Below are positions 56,191-63,937 of a stretch of 64,000 nucleotides of DNA, one piece after another. The notes under the pieces are model-generated. The model ran no database searches. It had not been told where the DNA came from and saw nothing but the letters and a program-made list of their open reading frames with translations. Both the position numbers and the translations under genes were made by a program. Source of the stretch: Candidatus Omnitrophota bacterium (GTDB lineage Bacteria > Omnitrophota > Gorgyraeia > JAFGHF01); assembly GCA_020341815.1 (NCBI GenBank), contig CP070837.1:1236575-1300574 (forward strand). The letters are read 5' to 3'. Position 1 is the first letter of the stretch; each line of letters opens with the position of its first letter.

Positions 56191-56409
56191 GCATCAAAAC
56201 GTCCTTTACGACTTCCGGGTAGACTTCCGGGGACAGGTCACTTAATTCTGAATCGCAAGGACGGTTCTAATTCTTCCCCCGCCTCGCCGGTTACAGGAGA
56301 TACAGAAAAACGGTCGCTGTCCCTATTTTCTATAAAGGTATTCTTATTTCAGAAAGTCCCTATAAATAGGGATTAAGTGAAATGAGGTCTTTGGCTTCTT
56401 GCTACCTGC

Positions 56410-56438
56410 TTGACAAATAAAAGGTATTATGATAATCT
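56410..56438 (+). promoter_or_regulatory. sigma70-type promoter of the sugar ABC operon
   Basis: TTGACA (56410-56415), 17 nt, TAATCT (56433-56438) with TG extension. An extra TATAAT lies at 56446-56451; SD AAGGAG precedes GTG 56485. Confidence 0.65.
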
Positions 56439-56484
56439 ATATTACTATAATTAAGGCTTATTTAACTTCTTAAGAAAGGAGAAA

Positions 56485-57780
56485 GTGTTGGTGAAGAGGA
56501 CAGGCATATTCAGTATGTTATTAATCAGCTTAATAGTCTCCTTGGCGGGCTGCGGGCGTACGGAAACGAAAAAAGCGGATGTGGTTATCTGGCACTGGAT
56601 GACCGACCGAAAGAAGGCCTTTAACGAACTGGCGAAGAGGTATCAGGCGGAAAGCGGAAGACAGGTTGAGTTTAAGTTGTTCGCTCCTTCCGAAATATAT
56701 AGCCAGAAGGTGCGCGCGGCAACTCAGGCCGGGACATTGCCGGATATATACGGTATTTTGGGTGAAAAAAAGGATTTTGCTATCTTTGTTAAGGCCGGGC
56801 ACGTGCTTAATCTGAATACAGAGATGTCGGACAATATTCATGAGTGGAGAAATAAGTTCTTTTCCAAGGCCCTTATCGTTAATGAATTTGAGCCGAACAA
56901 TGAATTTGGCGCCCCGGCGGGAATTTACGGTGTGCCCATTGATGTCACCAATATCCAGATGCTTTATAATAAGGACCTGTTTAAGAAGGCAGGGCTGGAT
57001 CCCGAAAGCCCGCCGCAGACTTTTAGTGAGTTTATCACCGCCGGAAAGAAGCTGAAAAAAGCAGGCACACAGGGACTGGTTTCCGGATGGGCAGAGACCT
57101 GGATGATTGACTGCCTGGCCTCCAATTTTGCCTTTAATATAATGGGTGAGAAAAAGGTAATGCGCACCTATGCCGGAGAGGTCCCTTACACCGACCCGGA
57201 CTGGATTCGTGTATTTAGCCTTTTTAAGGAAATGGCCGACAGTGGTGTTTTAGCTAGCGGTATCGTTTCAATGAACAACAAGGATGCCGAGCAGAACTTT
57301 GCCAATGGACGTGCTGCCTTTGCCTTTAACGGTTCCTGGTGCGTGAACGTGTACAAGGGAATGAATCCCGATTTAAATTATGCGGCGATGTTTGTGCCGC
57401 GGGTTTCCGATGAATATCCGATGCTTATCTGGGGCGGGGCAGGCTCTTCCTTTATGGTCAATGCCCGTTCCGAAAATAAAGAAAAGGCCGTAGAATTTCT
57501 CAAATGGCTCACCGACGAAAAACAGCAGGCCTATTTAGCCCAGGATACCAATAACTTACCTGCCAATAAATATAGTTTAACTAATATTAGTCCGCTTCTT
57601 TCCCAGTTTGCTCAAACTATGGAGAACACCACTCATCCGAATATCTGGCCCCGGCATGAAAAAAGCGTAGTAATTGAGGCCTTTGATATCGGCATTCAGT
57701 CGATTATTCTGGGCACCAAAACACCTGAAGAAGTTGCCCGGGAGGTGCAGGAGGTCAAAGAAAGAGAAATGGCTAAGTGA
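56485..57780 (+). CDS. Sugar ABC transporter extracellular solute-binding lipoprotein (family 1)
   Basis: Lipobox LAGC; PDI, YGVP, LYNKDLFKKAGLDP, FANGRAAF.NGSW, AVEFLKWL motifs. Confidence 0.95.
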   Translation: MLVKRTGIFSMLLISLIVSLAGCGRTETKKADVVIWHWMTDRKKAFNELAKRYQAESGRQVEFKLFAPSEIYSQKVRAATQAGTLPDIYGILGEKKDFAIFVKAGHVLNLNTEMSDNIHEWRNKFFSKALIVNEFEPNNEFGAPAGIYGVPIDVTNIQMLYNKDLFKKAGLDPESPPQTFSEFITAGKKLKKAGTQGLVSGWAETWMIDCLASNFAFNIMGEKKVMRTYAGEVPYTDPDWIRVFSLFKEMADSGVLASGIVSMNNKDAEQNFANGRAAFAFNGSWCVNVYKGMNPDLNYAAMFVPRVSDEYPMLIWGGAGSSFMVNARSENKEKAVEFLKWLTDEKQQAYLAQDTNNLPANKYSLTNISPLLSQFAQTMENTTHPNIWPRHEKSVVIEAFDIGIQSIILGTKTPEEVAREVQEVKEREMAK

Positions 57781-58658
57781 GGCTTAAAAGATCTACAGCA
57801 GAAAATTACCTGTTTATACTTCCGGCGGTAATAATTTTTGCCATCTTTTATATATATCCTTTTTATGCCACTTTCAATCTGGGCCTGCGCGCCTGGGACG
57901 GGGTTTCGCCGGTAAGCCAGCTCGTGGGTTTGAGGAATTTTAAAGAGGTGTTGTTTCAGGACCGCCTCTGGTGGCCGTCAATGTGGCATGCCACTTATAT
58001 TACTTTAATTGCCTTAACCCTTCAGAATGCCCTGGCACTGGCCTTGGCTTTGGCTTGTGACCGGCAGATAAAATTAGGCAACTTTTACCGGCTGATTTTC
58101 TTCATCCCGCCGGTATTATCGGAAGTGGTGGTTGGTTTAGTCTGGAAATGGATTTATAACGGTGATTACGGCTTGCTTAATTACTGGCTGACGAATATAG
58201 GTCTGGGGCACCTTGCGCGTTCCTGGCTGTCTAACCCCCAGACTGCCTTAACGTGTGTGGCCGTTATCCATTCCTGGAAAGGATTCGGCTGGGGCTTTAT
58301 AATTCTTTTGGCGGGCCTGCAGACTATTCCCCGGCAATTGTATGAAGCCGCCCGGGTTGACGGAGCCAATTCCTGGCAGCGGTTCTGGCATGTTACTATA
58401 CCTCTGATGGTGCCTGTTTTTGTATTGGTGTCTATTCTTACCATTCTCGGTTCAATGCAGGCCTTTGTTTTGATTTTGACGATGACGGGGGGCAGTCCCG
58501 CTTTAGGATGTTCTGTGCCGGTAACCAGGATTCTGGGCTCTATGCGAGCGTCTTTACGTTTTGGGTATGCCTGCGCCCAGGGTATTATTTTCGGTCTTAT
58601 CCTTCTGGCGCTTTCTTTTATGCAGATTCGTATTTCCAAAAAGATGAAACAGGCTTAA
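57777..58658 (+). CDS. Carbohydrate ABC transporter permease (MalF/UgpA-like)
   Basis: YLFILPA, VGLRNF, LAGLQTIP..LYEAARVDGA EAA loop; GTGA overlap with the previous gene. Confidence 0.95.
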   Translation: MRLKRSTAENYLFILPAVIIFAIFYIYPFYATFNLGLRAWDGVSPVSQLVGLRNFKEVLFQDRLWWPSMWHATYITLIALTLQNALALALALACDRQIKLGNFYRLIFFIPPVLSEVVVGLVWKWIYNGDYGLLNYWLTNIGLGHLARSWLSNPQTALTCVAVIHSWKGFGWGFIILLAGLQTIPRQLYEAARVDGANSWQRFWHVTIPLMVPVFVLVSILTILGSMQAFVLILTMTGGSPALGCSVPVTRILGSMRASLRFGYACAQGIIFGLILLALSFMQIRISKKMKQA

Positions 58659-58665
58659 GACAAAT

Positions 58666-59523
58666 ATGAATCACAAAAGAAACGATATAAAATATAAGGT
58701 GAGAAGATTTAGCTCCGGGGCTATGGTCAATCTGTTTTTGCTTCTTATAGCCATAAGCTGTCTGTTTCCTCTTTTGTGGATGTTCGGCTCAAGCCTGAAG
58801 ACGCAGGCCACGGTCTTTTCCGATATGTCCATAATCCCCAAGGTCCTGCACTGGGGAAATTACTATCGGGCCTGGACAGAAGGCAACTTCGGGGTTTATT
58901 TCTTAAACAGTGTATTGTATACGGTGAGCGTGGTGATAGGTATAGTTTTAGTTTCATCATTGGCCGCCTATGCCTTCTCGCGCCTGCAATTTCCCGGAAA
59001 GAACTTTTTCTTCTATATGTTTCTGGCGGCAATGATGATTCCCCTTCCGGGAAGCTTTGTGCCATTATATGTTTTGATGGACAAGCTTCACCTGCGCAAT
59101 ACCCCCCACGGGTATATTCTCTGCTTGATTAACGTGGGACTTTCCTTAAGCATCTTTCTTTTAAAGACCTTTTTTGATAAAATGCCCACGGACTTAGAAG
59201 ACGCCGCGCGCATCGACGGATGCAGTAAGCTGGGTATCTGGTGGAACGTGGCGCTTCCTTTGGCGAAGCCGGCGCTGGCGGTAATCGTAATCTTCAACTC
59301 CTTGAATGTGTGGAACGAATATATCCTTGCCCTTATCCTTTTTGATGACGCAAAATTTATGCCTTTACAGGTGGGGCTGGCTACCTTTCACGGAGAATTT
59401 GTCACCCAATACCATCTTTTGATGGCCGGAGTAACTATTACGGTAATTCCGATACTGCTAATTTATATATTTATGCAGAAGCACATTGTCAAGGGCTTGA
59501 CTGCCGGAGCGATTGTGGGGTAG
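58666..59523 (+). CDS. Carbohydrate ABC transporter permease (MalG/UgpE-like)
   Basis: PLLWM..SSLK, YFLNS, AAYAFSR, LEDAARIDG, WNEY, QKHIVKGLTAGA. Confidence 0.95.
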   Translation: MNHKRNDIKYKVRRFSSGAMVNLFLLLIAISCLFPLLWMFGSSLKTQATVFSDMSIIPKVLHWGNYYRAWTEGNFGVYFLNSVLYTVSVVIGIVLVSSLAAYAFSRLQFPGKNFFFYMFLAAMMIPLPGSFVPLYVLMDKLHLRNTPHGYILCLINVGLSLSIFLLKTFFDKMPTDLEDAARIDGCSKLGIWWNVALPLAKPALAVIVIFNSLNVWNEYILALILFDDAKFMPLQVGLATFHGEFVTQYHLLMAGVTITVIPILLIYIFMQKHIVKGLTAGAIVG

Positions 59524-59524
59524 G

Positions 59525-60025
59525 ATGTTTTACGAGAGCATTTTTAGGCAGTTAAATAAATATCGGGTTGAGTATCTGGTTGCCGGTGGGGTAGCTGTAG
59601 TTTTACACGGAATAGTGAGATTTACGGCTGATTTGGATATTTTTGCGAAGTTAAGCTTTGAGAATTGGGATAAGTTTATTCGGGCAATGAAAGAATTGGG
59701 TTATAAAGCAAAGCTACCAGTGAAGCTGGAAGACTTTGCCGAAGAAAGCAAGCGAAAAGAATGGATAGCAAAAAAGAATATGAAAGTCTTTTCTTTTTAC
59801 CATCCTAAAAAACATTTAGAATTAATTGACATCTTTGTTAAGGAATATATCGATTTTGATGCAGCATATAAACGTAGAAAGATGGTAAGGGCAAAAGATA
59901 TCAATATCCCTGTTGTTTGCATCAAAGACCTTAAAAAACTAAAAAAGATTGCCGGACGGCCTCAGGATTTAGCCGACATTGGTTCGCTTGAAGAATTAGA
60001 GAGAATAGAAAAAGGTAAAAAATGA
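59525..60025 (+). CDS. Predicted nucleotidyltransferase (DUF6036/AbiEii-like fold)
   Basis: LVAGGVAVVLHGIVRFTADLDI and C-terminal KKIAGRPQDLADI. ATG at 59525 directly follows the permease stop. Confidence 0.78.
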   Translation: MFYESIFRQLNKYRVEYLVAGGVAVVLHGIVRFTADLDIFAKLSFENWDKFIRAMKELGYKAKLPVKLEDFAEESKRKEWIAKKNMKVFSFYHPKKHLELIDIFVKEYIDFDAAYKRRKMVRAKDINIPVVCIKDLKKLKKIAGRPQDLADIGSLEELERIEKGKK

Positions 60026-60198
60026 GTAAAGGTAAAGTTAGAGGTTTTGGTTTTCAGCTTGACCGCGAGAAGATCTTATTATATAAAGACAGTCCTGCAT
60101 GGGAAAAATTGCAATGGCTGGAAGAAGCTAATCGCTTCTGTCAAAAATTTGTTACCGGCAGGCGCCGCAAAATATGGGAGAGTATCCGCCGAGGATAA
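60022..60198 (+). CDS. Small 58-aa hypothetical protein coupled to the nucleotidyltransferase (absent from the ORF track)
   Basis: ATGA overlap at 60022-60025; MSKGKVRGFGFQLDREKILLYKDSPAWEKLQWLEEANRFCQKFVTGRRRKIWESIRRG; stops 2 nt before the next ATG. Confidence 0.75.
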   Translation: MSKGKVRGFGFQLDREKILLYKDSPAWEKLQWLEEANRFCQKFVTGRRRKIWESIRRG

Positions 60199-60200
60199 TT

Positions 60201-62504
60201 ATGAAAAAAAATTGTCTGCTTATTTTGGCTATACTGTTAATTCTCTTGCAGGCAGGTCTTGTCTGCGCCGAATATGATTTCGGGGATGAGTCTTCCAGTT
60301 ATCTGGCTATGAAGGCCTGGGAGGCCCTGGGAAAGAAGGATTACGAAGCTGTCTGGGCCTATACGCAGAAGTGTATAGACCTTTATCAGAAGGAAGCACG
60401 CAGGCAGCAGAGTTCCTTAAGCGCTTTCCCCGCCCGGGAAAAACAAATGATTTTCAATGTCTTGAATAATGTAGCCACCTGTTATTTTATTCGGGCAGAA
60501 GTGCTGATGCGCCAGAATAAATTGGAAGAGGCGCGTGAGACTTTTCAGATAATTATAGAGGATTATAGCTTTGCCCAGTACTGGGATCCCCGCGGCTGGT
60601 TCTGGAAGGTAGCGGAAAAAAGCCAGGAGAGCATTGAGAAGATTGACCAGCAGATTAAAGGGGGAGCAGAACCCGGAAAGGAAATTAAACCCAAGGCGCA
60701 GGCATCTAAGTTAGTGCTTTTTGACCCCGGAAGCGAGAAGCTTGTCGATTATTCTAAATATGGTAAATTTGAAAATGCGGGCACAAAAGATTACCGCTAC
60801 GAAATTACCGACCCTGTTGGTCTGGCCAGGGCTTGCGGCGAAGGAGTCTACCCAAACAGCACATCCGTGCGCCGCTCCCCGGGTTATATTGCGCTAAAGG
60901 GAAGCCAGCGGCTTAAGGGAAACCACTGGGATTTTCTTTACACAGATGATATGCAGGCCAATTTCTACAAATGGAATACCGCTCCCGAGCCCCCGGGTGT
61001 AAAGCAATTTTATATCGCTTTTATTCTTGAGCGCGCCGGACTGATGGAGCAGGCCGTCAAGGCCTATTATTCAATAGTGGTGCATTTTCCTGAAGCTGTC
61101 GGCTGGACTTATTGGCATACGCCATGGTATATTGGCCCTGTGGCGATAAGCAAAATCAATTACATTTTAAGGCATCATCCTGAGCTGGGAATGAAGCTGG
61201 AGGAGGCCAGGATTAAGATTGAGAATTCCTTCGATAACGATGTGCGCAATGATGTGGTCATTTGTAATCCCGGGCGTCTGATTAAATGTCCGCCTGATGA
61301 GGTTGTTTCAGGGCGACAGAAGGATGTAGATGGGCTAAAGATTATTAAGCGCATCGGCAGTAAGCATACTCAGCTGGTTCAGTATACAAACGGACACTGG
61401 CAGTTATTGGTCGATGGGAAACCCTTTCCCGTGCGCGCGGTGACATATTCGCCGACGAAGATTGGCCAGAGCCCCGACGAAGGCACGCTGGGCAACTGGA
61501 TGGAAGAAGATTTTAATCGGAACGGAAAAATTGACGGGCCGTATGATGCCTGGGTGGATAAAAACGGAAATAATATCCAGGATAGAGGCGAGCGCAGCGT
61601 AGGCGACTTCCAGTTAATGAAAGAGATGGGCGTTAATTGCATCCGTGTTTATCATCATCCCCAGAAGGTAAGTAAAAAATTACTTGGCGATTTATATAAG
61701 AAGTATGGTATTATGACTATTATGGGAGATTTTCTGGGTGCCTATACTCTTGGCAGCGGGGCAACCTGGTATGAAGGCACCGATTATGCAAACCCCGAGC
61801 ATCAAAAAAATATGCTGGACAGCGTAGAGAAGATGGTGAATGAATTTAAGAATGAACCCTGGGTTTTGTTTTGGCTGTTAGGAAATGAAAATAATTACGG
61901 CGTTGCCAATAATGCCAAAAAGAATCCCCGCGCTTATTATCAATTTGTAAATCGGGCGGCAAAGCTCGTGCATGAGCTCGACCCTACGCGAGCGGTGGCT
62001 GTCTGCAATGGCGATGTGCTCTTTTTGGATATCTTTGCTCAGGAGACGCCGGAGGTAGATATCTTCGGGGCCAATGCCTATCGGGGTAAAGAGGGCTTTG
62101 GTAACTTCTGGCAGGATGTTAAAGAAGTCACCGGCAAGGCTGCGGTGATTACCGAATACGGTTGCGGGGCATATATTCAAGGTAAAGATTCCCAGGCGCG
62201 CGCCGAAGAGGCGCAGGCCGAATATCACGAAGGCAACTGGGAGGACATAGAGTATAATATGGCCGGCAGCGGTGCGGGATGCGCCCTGGGAGGCATAATC
62301 TTCGAATGGCTGGATGAGTGGTGGAAGGCCTATGAGCCGGCGCGCCATGATGGGAAGGGTCAGTTCTACGGTCCTTTTCCCGATGGGTTTATGCATGAGG
62401 AATGGCTGGGTATATGCGGCCAGGGTAACGGAAGCCAAAGCCCATTTTTGCGCAATTTACGCAAGAGTTATTATACTTATAAAGAATTATGGAGCAGAGA
62501 GTAA
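60201..62504 (+). CDS. Exported TPR-containing glycoside hydrolase, clan GH-A (GH2-like TIM barrel)
   Basis: Signal peptide MKKNCLLILAILL...VCA from ATG 60201 (GAGG upstream); TPR-like N-terminus; MGVNCIRVY, WLLGNENNY (acid/base), ITEYG (nucleophile), FEWLDEWWK. Confidence 0.85.
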   Translation: MKKNCLLILAILLILLQAGLVCAEYDFGDESSSYLAMKAWEALGKKDYEAVWAYTQKCIDLYQKEARRQQSSLSAFPAREKQMIFNVLNNVATCYFIRAEVLMRQNKLEEARETFQIIIEDYSFAQYWDPRGWFWKVAEKSQESIEKIDQQIKGGAEPGKEIKPKAQASKLVLFDPGSEKLVDYSKYGKFENAGTKDYRYEITDPVGLARACGEGVYPNSTSVRRSPGYIALKGSQRLKGNHWDFLYTDDMQANFYKWNTAPEPPGVKQFYIAFILERAGLMEQAVKAYYSIVVHFPEAVGWTYWHTPWYIGPVAISKINYILRHHPELGMKLEEARIKIENSFDNDVRNDVVICNPGRLIKCPPDEVVSGRQKDVDGLKIIKRIGSKHTQLVQYTNGHWQLLVDGKPFPVRAVTYSPTKIGQSPDEGTLGNWMEEDFNRNGKIDGPYDAWVDKNGNNIQDRGERSVGDFQLMKEMGVNCIRVYHHPQKVSKKLLGDLYKKYGIMTIMGDFLGAYTLGSGATWYEGTDYANPEHQKNMLDSVEKMVNEFKNEPWVLFWLLGNENNYGVANNAKKNPRAYYQFVNRAAKLVHELDPTRAVAVCNGDVLFLDIFAQETPEVDIFGANAYRGKEGFGNFWQDVKEVTGKAAVITEYGCGAYIQGKDSQARAEEAQAEYHEGNWEDIEYNMAGSGAGCALGGIIFEWLDEWWKAYEPARHDGKGQFYGPFPDGFMHEEWLGICGQGNGSQSPFLRNLRKSYYTYKELWSRE

Positions 62505-62616
62505 CCTCTCCAGATCGGTAGGAGGTGATGCATAGCGACGACAACTCGGGGGCGGCAACATTTAACTTAGTATTAAGTCATAAGTTGTAAGTTTTAGAAG
62601 AAGGAGGAAAAAACAA

Positions 62617-63933
62617 ATGAAGAAGAACTTGCCTTATTTTTTGGTGATTGCTGCGCTAATATTCTTGATTATCGGTGTGCTTAGCTCGGGGAAAGAAAGA
62701 ACTCCCTCGATTACGCCCGTTGTGGAGCAGAGCTTGTTGGAGAGTAAAGAGATTGCCAAAGAGGTTCAGATCGAAGAACCTGAGGCGCCATTCTCTTTTA
62801 GTACGGAAAGCACCCCTGTCGAAGCTGCCCAGGAGCAAAGGCCTGTTTTTAAATCTTTAGATAAGATCTTCAACGTTTATACGGATAAACGTGCCCCCGA
62901 TAACCATTTTGCCCCTTCGGGCTGGATGGGCGACTTCGGAGACGTAAGTTTAAATGACCAATATATGAAGGAACCTCACTCAGGAAGTACCTCTATCCAG
63001 ATATCTTATTCGGCTGAAAGGAGTCAGGGAGCTGGCTGGGCAGGTATGTTCTGGCAGAATCCGCCGAACAACTGGGGCGAGAAAATGGGCGGTTTTGATC
63101 TTACCGGATACAACAAACTCACCTTCTGGGCCCGCGGGGAAAATGGCGGAGAAGCCATTGAAAAAGTTAAGGTAGGCGGCATCAAGGGCACTTATCCCGA
63201 TTCTCTGGAAGTAGGAATAGGTCCGCTGGTTTTGAGCAACGAGTGGAAGGAATACAGCATTAATCTGGTTGATCAGGACTTGTCCTATGTAAGCGGTGGA
63301 TTTTGTTGGATTAGCGCCAGCCGCCTTAATCCCAATGGCGCAACTTTCTATTTTGACGATATCAGGTTTGAGTATGATCCCTATCTTCAGCCTCAGGTAG
63401 AGAATACACCTGAAGAGATGCCTTTTAATGTTTACACGGAAAGAAGCTCTGTGTTCAATCACTTTATTCCTTCGGGCTGGATGGGCGACTATAGTGATTT
63501 AAAGATTGATGAGGCCTGGACTGCGGATCCTCATTCCGGAGTCACCTGTTTGAGAGTTGTCTATTCGGGAAAAGTTTCGCAAGGTGCCCGCTGGGCAGGT
63601 ATGTTCTGGCAGAATCCGCCGAACAACTGGGGTCAGGTTAAAGATGCAGGTTTTGACTTATCCCAAGCCAGAAAGCTCACCTTCTGGGCCCGCGGGGAAA
63701 ATGGCGGAGAAAGAATTGAGGAATTTAAGATGGGGGGCATCAGCGGCGATTATGGTGATTCCGATACCGCCGGAATCGGTCCGGTTATGCTTACGCCCGA
63801 ATGGAAACAATATACCATCGACTTAAGCGGTAAAGACCTCTCTTATATTATCGGCGGGTTTTGCTTCTCCACCAATGTGGATGTCAATCCTGAGGGTTGC
63901 ATATTTTACCTGGATGATATAAAATACGAATAG
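62617..63933 (+). CDS. Membrane-anchored protein with two tandem carbohydrate-binding-like (galactose-binding fold) domains
   Basis: SD AGGAGG; N-terminal TM segment; two ~165-aa repeats (FNVYT..HF.PSGWMGD..PHSG..WAGMFWQNPPNNWG..GFDL..KLTFWARGENGGE..W..Y.IDL..FY.DDI) at about 62870-63375 and 63425-63930. Confidence 0.75.
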   Translation: MKKNLPYFLVIAALIFLIIGVLSSGKERTPSITPVVEQSLLESKEIAKEVQIEEPEAPFSFSTESTPVEAAQEQRPVFKSLDKIFNVYTDKRAPDNHFAPSGWMGDFGDVSLNDQYMKEPHSGSTSIQISYSAERSQGAGWAGMFWQNPPNNWGEKMGGFDLTGYNKLTFWARGENGGEAIEKVKVGGIKGTYPDSLEVGIGPLVLSNEWKEYSINLVDQDLSYVSGGFCWISASRLNPNGATFYFDDIRFEYDPYLQPQVENTPEEMPFNVYTERSSVFNHFIPSGWMGDYSDLKIDEAWTADPHSGVTCLRVVYSGKVSQGARWAGMFWQNPPNNWGQVKDAGFDLSQARKLTFWARGENGGERIEEFKMGGISGDYGDSDTAGIGPVMLTPEWKQYTIDLSGKDLSYIIGGFCFSTNVDVNPEGCIFYLDDIKYE

Positions 63934-63937
63934 TATA

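Noticed and set aside
1594-55593. Inteins or Hint domains as the processing mechanism
   Set aside because: No C/S-start...HN-C/S/T splice-junction patterns were recognised at module boundaries.
1-56190. Giant ORF as an artefact of stop-codon reassignment fusing separate genes
   Set aside because: The frame has no TAA, TAG or TGA under the standard code, and neighbouring genes end in all three stops.
40792-56292. Linkers as classical integron attC sites
   Set aside because: No RYYYAAC...GTTRRRY boxes or long imperfect palindromes were seen, there is no integrase in the window, and Ser codons vary. The integron comparison is only an analogy.
60047-60277. 76-aa ORF from the track, and the 60174 start for the hydrolase
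   Set aside because: The 60022-60198 ORF fits better (ATGA coupling, 2-nt gap), and ATG 60201 gives a clean signal peptide with an SD.
62503-62600. Possible small ORF or structured RNA between the hydrolase and the CBM-like gene (acctctcc...ggaggt)
   Set aside because: Only a weak hairpin, the SD-like GGAGGT is too close to the ATG, and no recognisable riboswitch or terminator pattern is present.
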